From Verrucomicrobiota bacterium (GTDB taxonomy: Bacteria > Verrucomicrobiota > Verrucomicrobiia > Opitutales > Seribacteraceae): DNA of 54,410 nt. The stretch lies in assembly GCA_027622665.1 (NCBI GenBank), contig JAQBYT010000028.1, positions 1 through 54,410 on the forward strand, read 5' to 3'. Under the pieces are notes generated by a model, which was not told where the DNA came from, did no database searches, and was given only the letters and a program-made list of their open reading frames with translations. Both the position numbers and the translations under genes were made by a program. This document shows positions 18,140 through 28,412 of the stretch, piece by piece (position 1 is the first letter of the stretch; each line of letters opens with the position of its first letter).

Positions 18140-19281
18140 TTGGAGTCTCCCTTCAATTCTGCGACCGTCCACATTTGCATCGGTGCCCTACCCGCGACAG
18201 TTGATCTAACCGTTGCTACTTCTGCTGAAGAAACTGACGATGCAGAGTTTCCCCAATCGTTGCGGACATAGGTCAACACATCCGCAATCTGTTGATCCGT
18301 AAGGGCCCCCGGGGGAATGCCGGGGGGAGGCATGGCTGAAGTGTATACCGTTCCCTTTACTTTTACCGGGCCCATTAAGCCGAACATGGCTATCTTGATT
18401 AAAGTTGGCTTGTCTCCCAATACCCATTCGGATCCCGCAAGCGGGGGGAACTGTCCGGGCAAGCCGAGACCTGTCGATTGGTGGCAGGTAAAGCACATAC
18501 CACCGCCAGGGGCAGCCTTCATGTAGATTTCCTTACCGGAAGCTATTTGGTCTGAGAGCCACTTCGGGAGTGCGGCGGCACTTGCGTTAACATCGGAATG
18601 GTATTCACCATGATCATCTTCCTTGACTTCGACAAATGCCATTTCAGGCAATTCGTAGTTTTGTCCGAGCGATTGCAGGTAAGAGACGATCTTTTGAGCC
18701 CGAAGAGTAGGAAATATATGCCGTGAGGTTTCACTCTCAAGATGACCGGAGTGATCGCTGTGATCATCATGGACTTCGATGGTACCGCTAGTTGCTTCAT
18801 CTTTAACTTCAAAGAGAAAAGGACTCGGCGGGCATATGGACCCGGGGACGGTTGCTTGCGGATCGAACAGATGACGATGAAGCCACTCGTCTGTAAACCC
18901 CCTAAGTCCGACATTGGCCAGATCAGGCCCGATACGAGTGTTTCCCAGGAGGACATTGTCCTGCAGGATGTAATCTCTAGCCACGGAAGGCCTTTTACCC
19001 CACTTTCGCTCGACGTCGAAGCCGGATTCGGTGAGGCGAACTTGCTGAGTATGGCAAGACATGCACCCGAGGGATATGTATTCCTCTGCACCCTGCTTGG
19101 CTATGCCGGGGAGATCCTTAGGAAACAAATCGGCACCAGCGGGTATGGAACCGTCTTCCTCGAGAACCTCTGCCGTCGGTTCGAGATCCCCGAATTGACT
19201 ACGGGCTCCAACAATGAACGCCAGCCAAGAGACGAACAATGTGAGAAGAGTTCCGAACGAGAAGGTGAAAAGGTTGTTCAT
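18136..19281 (-). CDS. CcoO/FixO-like cytochrome fused to a second cytochrome c domain (diheme)
   Basis: N-terminal TM, GCMSCHTQQVR, RIGPDLANVG, WLHRHLFDP (CcoO signature); His/acidic linker; second domain CFTCH...FPPLAGS...AMPP. Confidence 0.88.
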   Translation of the reverse strand: MNNLFTFSFGTLLTLFVSWLAFIVGARSQFGDLEPTAEVLEEDGSIPAGADLFPKDLPGIAKQGAEEYISLGCMSCHTQQVRLTESGFDVERKWGKRPSVARDYILQDNVLLGNTRIGPDLANVGLRGFTDEWLHRHLFDPQATVPGSICPPSPFLFEVKDEATSGTIEVHDDHSDHSGHLESETSRHIFPTLRAQKIVSYLQSLGQNYELPEMAFVEVKEDDHGEYHSDVNASAAALPKWLSDQIASGKEIYMKAAPGGGMCFTCHQSTGLGLPGQFPPLAGSEWVLGDKPTLIKIAMFGLMGPVKVKGTVYTSAMPPPGIPPGALTDQQIADVLTYVRNDWGNSASSVSSAEVATVRSTVAGRAPMQMWTVAELKGDSK

Positions 19282-20690
19282 GATTTGCCCTCCTTCACGG
19301 AATCACCGGAAGGTTTGCTGCAGCAGAAGTTGATCGGACCACAGATTGATCGCCAAACATTGACGACGAAGACCAGTTGGGAAACACCCAGAAGGATGAA
19401 GGCGAACTCGGATATCAGGAAGTAGGGTTTTACTGCAGTGACTACGCTTTCCGCCCACGCCAATGAGGGTTGCTGGGCGAGGACGCCGTGTGTAAGACCT
19501 CCGATAAGGTAGGCTAGCAAAAGGGCCATTACTCCAAAGGCCGAAGTCCAGAAGTGAAAGGATGCGGCTTTCTCGCTCGTTTTGTTTCCGGTGATCCGAG
19601 GAAGCATGTAGTAGACCACACCGAATATGATCATGCTGAAGAATCCGTATACACGCTGATTGAAGTGAAATTCGTTGATAATGGAGAACTGAGTGATCTT
19701 GGCTACGGCGGGGAGTGAGAAAATAATCCCGATATAACTGGAAATAGTATATGAGATCGTACCGAATATAACGAACCGCAGCGGAAGGTTGTTCCAAACT
19801 TTACCAATGTCCTTGAATGCAGTGGCGTGAAAATTCGTAGACGCGACGGCGATCGGAAACACCATGGCGATGCTCATTACTGTTCCAATGGCAGGTATCC
19901 ACATTGGGAATGGACCGCCCTCAAGATGATGAAGACCTGACCATGGAGCCAAGAAAGCGATGCACCAGAAGCCGAAAATGGCCAGATAGTACTTTTCTAT
20001 CGGTCGCCCAAGTATCTTGGGGATAAGGTAGTAGGCAGAGCCTAGAGCTATTGGTGTAATCCATAGCCAAATAACGTTTTGCGAGTACCACATCGATACT
20101 ACGCTTTGCACTGTTCCGCGACCGGGATTTAACTCCAAACCTTGCCACGCTACCAGAAAAAGAGCGGGGAACCAAAGAAACGAAGCCAATACGAACCATT
20201 GTGTGACATAGGTCTCCCGCTTAACGCGAGATCGATGCAAGACGAAGATCATGGCAGCGATTACGAAATAGGACACCAACAGCGCCGGCCAAACGACAAC
20301 GGGCATTTCCATCAAGTCGGAAGAGGTCATGTGCCCGGCAAAGATTCCACCGAGTCCGAGTGTAATAGCTATGTTCCAAACCGCTCCTGCTACGATGAGA
20401 TAAAAGCGCCCTCGCACTTCAGCTTGTCCTAGACGAGCCAGTAACCAAATGCTTACGGCAAAAACTGCATTGGATGCCCAACCGTAAACGAATGCGTTGG
20501 TTTGGGCTGCCTTTACTTTTCCATAAGTTAGAAATTCGCAAGAACCCAAGAAAGTCGGGTCGGTGGACTTGGCTGCAACGACATAGGCTAAGGCAGCAGC
20601 CACCAGAAGCCATAGTCCTGCGGAAGCAAGGAAGAAGGATACGACTAATCGGGCGGACTTATCAATCAAGCTTTCGTTCGACTCGCTCAT
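19278..20690 (-). CDS. CcoN/FixN-like heme-copper oxidase subunit I homologue with degenerate metal ligands
   Basis: About 12 TMs colinear with CcoN (LTYG..., YVTQWF, YYLIPK..GRP, HHL, LRF, YYMLPR, HFW) but several ligands substituted; see findings. Confidence 0.88.
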   Translation of the reverse strand: MSESNESLIDKSARLVVSFFLASAGLWLLVAAALAYVVAAKSTDPTFLGSCEFLTYGKVKAAQTNAFVYGWASNAVFAVSIWLLARLGQAEVRGRFYLIVAGAVWNIAITLGLGGIFAGHMTSSDLMEMPVVVWPALLVSYFVIAAMIFVLHRSRVKRETYVTQWFVLASFLWFPALFLVAWQGLELNPGRGTVQSVVSMWYSQNVIWLWITPIALGSAYYLIPKILGRPIEKYYLAIFGFWCIAFLAPWSGLHHLEGGPFPMWIPAIGTVMSIAMVFPIAVASTNFHATAFKDIGKVWNNLPLRFVIFGTISYTISSYIGIIFSLPAVAKITQFSIINEFHFNQRVYGFFSMIIFGVVYYMLPRITGNKTSEKAASFHFWTSAFGVMALLLAYLIGGLTHGVLAQQPSLAWAESVVTAVKPYFLISEFAFILLGVSQLVFVVNVWRSICGPINFCCSKPSGDSVKEGKS

Positions 20691-21025
20691 TTTTCGTCCC
20701 CTTCCGTTCCGGTTTCATTGGACTCATCCGAGTCGGATGCTTTGTCTGAGGAGTACTCGTTCACTGTGCCCTGCATCACGCTTTCCAAGCTTGAATTCAT
20801 TTCGGTATGGGCCCTGTCGATTAATTCTGTGAAATTACCTTCTTCAGATCGATAGGTAGCCACCTTCTTCATTCTTTCGTTGATAACTTTATTGTCAACG
20901 GGTGCCAGTTCCTCGGTGGGTAGGCACTGTCGTAAAATAAAGAAAGCAAAAACTAGAACAGTCGCGACTATCAGCGAGAAAAAGACGCTGCAGCCATCGG
21001 CGCGCTGAAGTGTCGAGTTACTCAT
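20687..21025 (-). CDS. Single-TM hypothetical protein between actF and the ccoN-like gene
   Basis: Overlaps both neighbours; one hydrophobic helix followed by a charged helical region. Confidence 0.75.
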   Translation of the reverse strand: MSNSTLQRADGCSVFFSLIVATVLVFAFFILRQCLPTEELAPVDNKVINERMKKVATYRSEEGNFTELIDRAHTEMNSSLESVMQGTVNEYSSDKASDSDESNETGTEGDEK

Positions 21026-22328
21026 GGTAGTTGATTGAAGCCTTTATACGTGGATCTCGAACCGGTATTATTTCAGCATCTGATTCGCGATAGCTTTTGA
21101 GAACCGCCCAAATGCATAGACCGCCGACGCCGACCAAGGCAAAGAGTCCCCATATGAGCTGAGTCCCTAAGACGAATCGAATGTCATAACCAACGGGAGA
21201 TTCAGGATTGGGAATACGACCGGGAATGATGTTCCAATAGAGATCGAGCAAGTGGAAGCAAAGAATCCAACCAACTATCTTTAGGGTCTTGTGGGGTTCC
21301 ACCTTGTTTTTATACCAGAGCAAAGCGAGGAAGGGAACGAGGAAGTGACCGAATATCAATCCCATGGAGACCCAGAACCAACCCGTTCGCTCACCGGTGT
21401 TCGGATTGATTTCTCGAATCACGTACCAAAAAGTTTCTTCTGGGATGTTGGCGTAATAAATAAGAAAGTACTGGGAAAAACTAATGTAGGCCCAAAATAC
21501 GGTGAATGCCAAGGATAGGCAGGCAAGATCGTATTGATGTGCCTTGAAATTATAAAAGCCCCTCAAGTCCGTCCGAGTTGCGAGGACGAAGCAAACGATT
21601 ATGGCAACGGCCAAACCTGCCCGAATGGATGCAGCAAAGAACCAGACGCCAAACATGGTAGAAAACCAGTGGTATTCGAGACTCATGAACCAGTCGAAAG
21701 CACCAAAGGTAAGGGCAATGGCACAAGCAGGTAACCCCGCGGCAGCAATGTTGTGACCCCATTGGGTCCATTTGGAATCCCCGTCACGGTCTTGGGTGAA
21801 AGATACCTTGCGCATCCAATACGCCAAAGAGCAGAATATGGCGAAATAGCCAATGGTTCGAACGCTGAAGGAGAACACGTTGAGGTAACCACTTTTTTTC
21901 AGAAGCAATACGTCGTGCCCGACTTTGTGTACTTCACCTGCGACAGGGACGTCGCTGGCGGGGTTGACCCAGTTCCATAATACTCCTGCTTGATCGCCGC
22001 CAAACCAAACTACGAGAAGAAGAGGAAGGAAGCAGACTCCTAACCAAGGAAACGCCGCCAAGCAGTGTTCCATCTGACGTCTTACGACGGGTGTCCACTG
22101 GGAGTTGAATACTCGAAAAAGCATGATCAGCATGAGCATACCAATGGCGATGCTAAGCCAGAAAGCAGTACCCCACAACCATCCTAGAAATGGGTTCTTG
22201 TCGCCATTTGCGAGACCCATGAAAAGACCGATTAATCCGCCTCCGAGTCCAATGGCGGCAGCACCAAGGCACTTGGTGGATAAATCAGTCTTTTGACCAA
22301 GTATTCCAGTTGCTTCGTCGGCACTCAT
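21018..22328 (-). CDS. actF: Alternative complex III subunit ActF
   Basis: Polytopic; FDWFMSLEYHWFSTMFG, FWAYISFSQYFLIYYANIPEETFWY, DLYW motifs; operon position. Confidence 0.9.
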   Translation of the reverse strand: MSADEATGILGQKTDLSTKCLGAAAIGLGGGLIGLFMGLANGDKNPFLGWLWGTAFWLSIAIGMLMLIMLFRVFNSQWTPVVRRQMEHCLAAFPWLGVCFLPLLLVVWFGGDQAGVLWNWVNPASDVPVAGEVHKVGHDVLLLKKSGYLNVFSFSVRTIGYFAIFCSLAYWMRKVSFTQDRDGDSKWTQWGHNIAAAGLPACAIALTFGAFDWFMSLEYHWFSTMFGVWFFAASIRAGLAVAIIVCFVLATRTDLRGFYNFKAHQYDLACLSLAFTVFWAYISFSQYFLIYYANIPEETFWYVIREINPNTGERTGWFWVSMGLIFGHFLVPFLALLWYKNKVEPHKTLKIVGWILCFHLLDLYWNIIPGRIPNPESPVGYDIRFVLGTQLIWGLFALVGVGGLCIWAVLKSYRESDAEIIPVRDPRIKASINYHE

Positions 22329-22984
22329 TCGACTACCTCCAGTTTGCGCGCATATCCAACATAGGATTGCAAAGCTCTAACATAGAGAACAATTGCCCAG
22401 CGCTCCCTGGGGTTCAGTTTATCGGCAAGTCCTAGCATGATTTTAGATGCGGAGCCTTTTGAGATCGCATTGAAAATTTGACCGTCGGGCCATGGTTGTA
22501 AAGCTTCCAGGTATGTGGCATTGACACTGGGGTCGGATAGGTTTTTTGGCAATAATCCGAATTGAGCAGTGACGCCTCGACCGTTTCCATATCGTCCATG
22601 GCAGTTGCTGCAATGAATGTCGTACCCCTCTTTACCTTGCCTAATCAAAGCCATGTCCATTCCGATTTGTGCGGGAATTCGCGCGGTGAAGTTGCCGTCG
22701 GAATCCTTGCCTGTTCGAAGAACCTCAGAGCCAATATCGATGTCAGAGGAAAATACGTTTTCTAGGTCGATTGCGTTCCCTCGTACAACGGAACCAACAG
22801 GTGGCAGTCGGTCGGATCGACGATCCGGAAAAAGATTGTTCTCTGATTGTTCCAAAAACTTCAGTTGCCGATCCATATCGGGAAACACTTCTATAGGAGG
22901 GTTCTTCGATGTGTCTCCGCGGAATCCCAGGATCGAGATAACGGTAATAATGGCCAAAGCATAAATCCAAAGGAAGTATCTCAT
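22325..22984 (-). CDS. actE: Alternative complex III monoheme cytochrome ActE
   Basis: PIEVFPDMDRQ, R..PVGSVVRG, CSNCHG, RWAIVLYVRALQ. ATG 22984 sits 1 nt after the actD stop. Confidence 0.88.
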   Translation of the reverse strand: MRYFLWIYALAIITVISILGFRGDTSKNPPIEVFPDMDRQLKFLEQSENNLFPDRRSDRLPPVGSVVRGNAIDLENVFSSDIDIGSEVLRTGKDSDGNFTARIPAQIGMDMALIRQGKEGYDIHCSNCHGRYGNGRGVTAQFGLLPKNLSDPSVNATYLEALQPWPDGQIFNAISKGSASKIMLGLADKLNPRERWAIVLYVRALQSYVGYARKLEVVE

Positions 22985-22985
22985 A

Positions 22986-23558
22986 TCAAAACTCCTCCGG
23001 TTCGCGTATGAGACCAACGGACTTACCGCCAATATCCTTCAGGAAATCTGCGGTTTCGTCATCCTCGAATTTTGGATCTTCCACCTCGATGACAATCATG
23101 AACTTGTCATCTCCGGTACGACCGAACTTTGGGTGCTCGAAAACGGGATGATTATGTCTTGGCAGTCGGTTAAGAAAAAACATGCCGAACAAGGTTCCGA
23201 ATGCGGCAAACAAAATAGTGAGCTCGTAAAAAACGGGAAAAGGGAAAACCGGACTAAAAAACGGTTTTCCGCTGGCGATGAGGGGGTAGTCAAACGCATT
23301 CATGTACCATACGATAAACATGCCAGTTAAAAAACCTGTGACTCCGCCCGCCAAAGTGAAGCGTGGAACCTTGGAGCGTACGGGAAAGCCCTTGTCATCC
23401 AAACCGTACATTTGTACGTCTAGCCCGTGTATGGGAATCGGTGTGTAACATTCCCAACTGGTATAGCCGGCATCCCGTACCTTAGCGGCCGCGATATAGA
23501 TCTCACTAGCGGAATTAAAAGCCGCAGTCAGCCCGTATTTTGTGCCGTTATTCGCCAT
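22986..23558 (-). CDS. actD: Alternative complex III subunit ActD (DUF3341)
   Basis: YTPIPIHGLD, DYPL..SGKP, ELTILFAA; two TMs; operon position. Confidence 0.9.
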   Translation of the reverse strand: MANNGTKYGLTAAFNSASEIYIAAAKVRDAGYTSWECYTPIPIHGLDVQMYGLDDKGFPVRSKVPRFTLAGGVTGFLTGMFIVWYMNAFDYPLIASGKPFFSPVFPFPVFYELTILFAAFGTLFGMFFLNRLPRHNHPVFEHPKFGRTGDDKFMIVIEVEDPKFEDDETADFLKDIGGKSVGLIREPEEF

Positions 23559-23586
23559 TTTTGCGTAAAAAGAGTGATTGACCAGA

Positions 23587-25008
23587 TCAATGTTTCCCCG
23601 CGTGTGGATCTGCCATGGGGGTTACGGACTTCACTTCAGCCAAGGGCATGAGTGGAAGAAAACGAAGGAACAGAAGGAATAGCACCGAGAAAAACCCGAA
23701 AGTACCAAAGAATGTAAACAAATCGACGACTGTGGGTGAATAGTAACCCCAACTGGAGGGAAGGAAATCACGAGACAAGGTGGTGTTGGCTATAACAAAG
23801 CGTTCGAACCACATTCCTACATTGACGAATATGGAAATGACCCAAACTAGAGGTGTGTTTTCTCGTATTGCCTTGAACCAGAACAATTGCGGGCAGATGA
23901 CGTTGCAAGAAACCATGATCCAATAGGCCCACCAGTAGTTGCCGAAAGCACGATTGATAAAGGCAAATCCTTCATAGGAGTTAGCGCCGTACCATGCGAT
24001 GAAGAACTCCATGGAATAGGCGTAACCGACCAAGCTACCCGTAGCCAAGGTAATCTTGCACATGTTGTCTATGTGCTTTTGGTTGATAAGGTCGTGGAGA
24101 CCAAATACGGCGCGGACGGGCAGGAGAAGTGTCATAACCATTCCGAAACCCGAGAATATAGCACCCGCAACGAAATAAGGCGGGAAAATGGTGGTGTGCC
24201 AACCAGGTAGGTTGGCTATGGCGAAGTCAAACGACACGATGGTATGAACCGAAAGTACGAGTGGTGTGGAAAGCCCTGCCAAGAGCAGGTAGGCCATCTC
24301 GAAGTTTCGCCAGTGGGTGTTTGAATTGTTCCAACCCATGGAAAGGAATCCATAGAAGTACTTTCGCCACGCCTTTTTGGCTCGATCCCGCAAAACAGCG
24401 AGATCGGGTATCATGCCCATGTACCAAAAAAGAACGGACACAGTAAAGTAGGTCGACACGGCAAAAACATCCCATTCCAAAGGGCTCTTGAATTGAGGCC
24501 AAATGTTGTTTGCGTTGGGAATGGGAAACAGCCACCATGCGAACCATACCCGACCGAGGTGAAACAGTGGGAAAATACCGGCGCACATAACGGCAAACAC
24601 GGTCATGGCTTCTGATCCGCGATTAATAGACGTTCTCCACTTTTGCTTGAGGAGGCACAGAATTGCTGAAATCAGCGTGCCGGCATGACCTATGCCGATC
24701 CAGAAAACAAAGTTTACAATAGCCCAACCCCAGTTGACAGGATTGTTGTTCCCCCATTCGCCTACTCCCGATGACACAAGAATGAGAAGCCCCATTCCGG
24801 TGAAACTGGCTATGCCCAGTGCAAAAATGAAGCACCACCACCACCAATTTGGCGTCTTCGCCTCAACTATTCCGCAGATCTTATCTGTAATCCAATGAAG
24901 ACTCCGCTTGTTCAGAACAAGTGGTTGTTCATCCAATTTGGCTGGATTGATTTTTTTAAGAATCTCTGATGATTGCTCAACCACATCTGTAGTTGCCGAA
25001 CTCATCAA
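23587..25008 (-). CDS. actC: Alternative complex III quinol-oxidising subunit ActC (NrfD/PsrC family)
   Basis: [76 protein letters not shown]. Confidence 0.95.
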   Translation of the reverse strand: MMSSATTDVVEQSSEILKKINPAKLDEQPLVLNKRSLHWITDKICGIVEAKTPNWWWWCFIFALGIASFTGMGLLILVSSGVGEWGNNNPVNWGWAIVNFVFWIGIGHAGTLISAILCLLKQKWRTSINRGSEAMTVFAVMCAGIFPLFHLGRVWFAWWLFPIPNANNIWPQFKSPLEWDVFAVSTYFTVSVLFWYMGMIPDLAVLRDRAKKAWRKYFYGFLSMGWNNSNTHWRNFEMAYLLLAGLSTPLVLSVHTIVSFDFAIANLPGWHTTIFPPYFVAGAIFSGFGMVMTLLLPVRAVFGLHDLINQKHIDNMCKITLATGSLVGYAYSMEFFIAWYGANSYEGFAFINRAFGNYWWAYWIMVSCNVICPQLFWFKAIRENTPLVWVISIFVNVGMWFERFVIANTTLSRDFLPSSWGYYSPTVVDLFTFFGTFGFFSVLFLLFLRFLPLMPLAEVKSVTPMADPHAGKH

Positions 25009-28000
25009 TGGTGAGCACTCCCATTAGTCTCAGTAGGATTATCGCCATGATTGTCGTGACCATGATCTTCGTGAGAAGGGTGAGCCCGCTCATGATATTC
25101 GCGTGAGGAATAAGGTTTGTCGGTTGCATCCGGCATGTCCGGGTTCGGGTTTCGGATGCGAGCCATGAAGGTAGTGCGGGGTCGCGTATCGAGGTATCCC
25201 AGAACCGAGTAATCTCGCGGATTGGTTTTCAATTTTGAAACTTTGCTGTCGGGGTCGGAAATATCGCCGAATTCTATGGCGTCCGCCGGGCAAACCTGTT
25301 GGCAAGCGGTTTTAATTGTCCCGTCAGGAACCTTAAGTTTATCATGAATATCTAATTCCGCGCCATTTTTGCCCGTGGAAAACTTCTCACTTCGTTGAGC
25401 CTTAACTTTGGTACTAATTTTAGCTTCTTGAATTCGTTGTACGCAGTAAGTACATTTTTCCATTACGCCTCTCATCCTTACGGAGACGTCGGGATTTTTC
25501 ACAAGGGTCGGCAGCTTGGGGTTCTCATCTCCTAAAGGACCAAGATAGAGTTCATCCGTTTTTCTTTTATTCCAATCAAAGAAATTGAAGCGACGTACCT
25601 TGTATGGGCAGTTGTTGGCGCAATAACGGGTGCCAACGCAACGATTGTAGGCCATTACATTCAGTCCCTCTTCGTCATGAACCGTAGCAGCTACGGGACA
25701 GACCTGTTCGCAGGGAGCGTTTTCACAGTGCATGCATGCCACACCTTGGAAATTGACTTGCACGTCGGAAGGGATTTCGGCTCCTTCACGTTCGGTGGAA
25801 CTGAAGTAGCGGTCTAGGCGAATCCAGTGCATTTCACGACCGCGTAGCACTTGATCCTTACCTACGACGGGAATGTTGTTTTCGCTTTGACAGGCAACGA
25901 CACACGCATTGCAACCAGTGCAAAGGTTCAAGTCTATGGACATTCCCCATTGATGGAGTCCGGTGTGATCCGGGTGTTCGTAGGCTGAGTGTCCACGCGG
26001 TGTGGTTTGGGACTTGTGTTTAAGGCCCTCGTTGTCTTCCCTGCCATATGTGAGAGGGGAGTGCGATTCCACGCCCATTTCGGAGGCAAAATCCTCCTTG
26101 CCCGCGTACTCGTCGGCATTTGCCTCTCGAACGATCGCACGGCCTTCCATCGACCAGTGTTCTTGCACATTGGCGAGGGTTTGCCTACTTTTCGTAGTGG
26201 AAAGTGTTACTCCTGAAGCAATGCGGGAAGAATCAGAACCGAGAAGAGGGTATCCATCGTAGCCAGTGCCCTCACCTACTCTTCCGACTGTTCTTCTACC
26301 CATTCCGAGGGTGGCAATTAAGGTGTAGTCCGCCAATCCCGGTTGGACGTGAAGTGGTCCTTCGATGGAGGAACCGCCTGCCAAGGTAAGCTTCACCACG
26401 GGAGCATCTTGTTTACCAAGATCGAATACGGCGGTGTCGGGTGCGACCTCGCCATTTTTGTTCAGCATGGTCGGCTTGGGAAGTAGGTTAAGACCTTTGT
26501 GCTTCTTCTCTAATTCCGCAGCTAGAACCGGACTGACGAGGATCGCATTGTCCCAAGTCAGCTTGGATATCGGATCGGGGCATTCCTGCATCCAGCCATT
26601 GTTTGCGTAGCGTCCGTCCCATGCGTGAAAGTCAGGAACTAAAAGTACTTCAAGTGAATCGGCTGTGGGCGCTTTGGGTAGGTCGTCCTTGAGATCGGCC
26701 AGTTTATCAAAATCATACACTGGCGAGACAAAGGAAACTTTGCGAGGAAGTAGACCGATCCGAAGAAAGTCATCAAAAGAACTTCCATCAGACAGTTCGT
26801 TGAAGGTTTCCTGAACCAATGAATGCGAAGACTTTTCTTCACCCGCTACAATTGAAAGGACATCAAGTTCGGAAAAGGTTTCGAAGAGCGGTTCGATCAA
26901 TGGTTGCACTGGCAAGTGCGCGGAAAGATCCCAAGTCGTCCCGTCGCCCCAGCATTCCAAATAGTGGGATGCGCCAATATGCAAATTGGAGAATTCGGAA
27001 GTTTCATCGATGGACGAACCAAACCTGATGGTAAGATCGACCTTTTGGGCCAAGGCCGACCAATCTAACTTTGCCGGACTTGTAAAAGTAGGGTTGCCGC
27101 CTAAGAATATTAAGGTGCCGATTTCTCCCGCCTCGATGGCTTCGACTAAATCAGATATATTCGAAGAGTCGTTACTTGAAAGTTCTGCGTATTGAACAGT
27201 TTCCCCGTTAGCACCTAGCGCTTGATTGATCGCGTAAGTAAGTACATGCGCTTCCTCGGGCAAATGATTACCTGCGAGCACCAAGGATTGGCCTTTATGA
27301 GCGACTAAATCGATTGCAGTTTCTTTGCACCACGAGGAGTCCAAGCCTGCCTTGGCAGCGCGTTCTTTCAAAAGCTCTATCACGGAGTCACTCGATTTTT
27401 CCGTAAGTGAAAGAACTTCGGCAGCGACGGCACTGGCGAATGCAACCATTTGAGAAGAGGAAAGGCGCAGTCTGTGGTCGGCGGCGGCACCGGTGAGGGT
27501 GAGGTCGGACTCCACAGAGTAGAGGCGATTCATTTTCTTGGAGTCCGCGGCACTCAAGACCTTTCGACCTTTTGTGAACTCACGGGTGAGCCGGAGGTGG
27601 TCCGGTTCGCGCATTCCCAGAAAGTCGCAATCAATGGAGAGTATGCGTTTAGCCTTTTTCAATCTGGCCAAGGAACGCAAGGGACCTGTCGACAATGCAT
27701 TGCCCAAAGCTTTTGCTGCAGTCGATGAGTCGATGGGATCGTATTCGGACCAGATTACGCCCTTGTCGCGTAACTTCGCAGCAAGCTTTGCTCGAGCTGG
27801 GGAACTGGATGATTCCGCAAGAACGGCTACCTTGCCTTTGGCTAATCTGTCGGGAGAGAGAAAACTTTCAAGTGTCTTTACGGCATCACTCTTTAGGGTC
27901 TTTTCCCAAGCAAATGTTTTTTTGTCACCAGTGCCCGAAGTGCTGGACTCATAACTACCTTGGGCGCGGTCGGGATCATAGAGACCTAGTACGGTAGCTT

Positions 28001-28412
28001 GCGAATGGACGTCGGTACCACCACCCGCTGGCAAATAACTTGGGTTGCCCTCTATCTTTGTAGGTCTTGACTGGTGACTCTCGACAATCAGAGGGACATG
28101 TCCAAAGGAAGTGGGAAGCGAAGTGGAATAGTAGTTGGGGATTCCGGGAATGACTTCCTCTGGTGATTTGCCATAGGGCATAATTGCCTGCTCCGGCCGT
28201 CGACAGCCTGTCATTCCGAATCCGGCTAGGCCAAAAGAGGCGGCCATTACCTTCATGAAATTGCGTCGCTGGACACCATCAATCAGGGAAGCTCCTTCAG
28301 GGAATTCTCGTTCAACCCAAGTGCGGAACGCCGGAGTTTCAGCCAGATCGTCCAAGCTTTTCCAATAGCGAGAGCCTGAAGGTCCCTTTCCGTTCGGATT
28401 TTTCATAGTCAT
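25005..28412 (-). CDS. actB: Alternative complex III subunit ActB (molybdopterin-fold domain + Fe-S domain)
   Basis: YWKSL start, twin-arginine RRNFMK...GC signal, RPTKIEGNP; Cys groups CTGCNAC...C, CMHC..PC..VC, CVGTRYC...C, CTYC...CQQVC. ATG 28412 overlaps the actA stop. Confidence 0.95.
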   Translation of the reverse strand: MTMKNPNGKGPSGSRYWKSLDDLAETPAFRTWVEREFPEGASLIDGVQRRNFMKVMAASFGLAGFGMTGCRRPEQAIMPYGKSPEEVIPGIPNYYSTSLPTSFGHVPLIVESHQSRPTKIEGNPSYLPAGGGTDVHSQATVLGLYDPDRAQGSYESSTSGTGDKKTFAWEKTLKSDAVKTLESFLSPDRLAKGKVAVLAESSSSPARAKLAAKLRDKGVIWSEYDPIDSSTAAKALGNALSTGPLRSLARLKKAKRILSIDCDFLGMREPDHLRLTREFTKGRKVLSAADSKKMNRLYSVESDLTLTGAAADHRLRLSSSQMVAFASAVAAEVLSLTEKSSDSVIELLKERAAKAGLDSSWCKETAIDLVAHKGQSLVLAGNHLPEEAHVLTYAINQALGANGETVQYAELSSNDSSNISDLVEAIEAGEIGTLIFLGGNPTFTSPAKLDWSALAQKVDLTIRFGSSIDETSEFSNLHIGASHYLECWGDGTTWDLSAHLPVQPLIEPLFETFSELDVLSIVAGEEKSSHSLVQETFNELSDGSSFDDFLRIGLLPRKVSFVSPVYDFDKLADLKDDLPKAPTADSLEVLLVPDFHAWDGRYANNGWMQECPDPISKLTWDNAILVSPVLAAELEKKHKGLNLLPKPTMLNKNGEVAPDTAVFDLGKQDAPVVKLTLAGGSSIEGPLHVQPGLADYTLIATLGMGRRTVGRVGEGTGYDGYPLLGSDSSRIASGVTLSTTKSRQTLANVQEHWSMEGRAIVREANADEYAGKEDFASEMGVESHSPLTYGREDNEGLKHKSQTTPRGHSAYEHPDHTGLHQWGMSIDLNLCTGCNACVVACQSENNIPVVGKDQVLRGREMHWIRLDRYFSSTEREGAEIPSDVQVNFQGVACMHCENAPCEQVCPVAATVHDEEGLNVMAYNRCVGTRYCANNCPYKVRRFNFFDWNKRKTDELYLGPLGDENPKLPTLVKNPDVSVRMRGVMEKCTYCVQRIQEAKISTKVKAQRSEKFSTGKNGAELDIHDKLKVPDGTIKTACQQVCPADAIEFGDISDPDSKVSKLKTNPRDYSVLGYLDTRPRTTFMARIRNPNPDMPDATDKPYSSREYHERAHPSHEDHGHDNHGDNPTETNGSAHH

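Noticed and set aside
19278..20690. Calling the gene a functional ccoN, a nitric oxide reductase NorB, or a pseudogene
   Set aside because: Both oxidases and NorB need the His ligands missing here; the frame is intact, full length and translationally coupled, so pseudogene is unsupported.
25005..28412. Molybdoenzyme (polysulfide/tetrathionate reductase) catalytic subunit
   Set aside because: Fusion to the Fe-S domain and the actA-F context identify ActB, which is known not to carry Mo cofactor.
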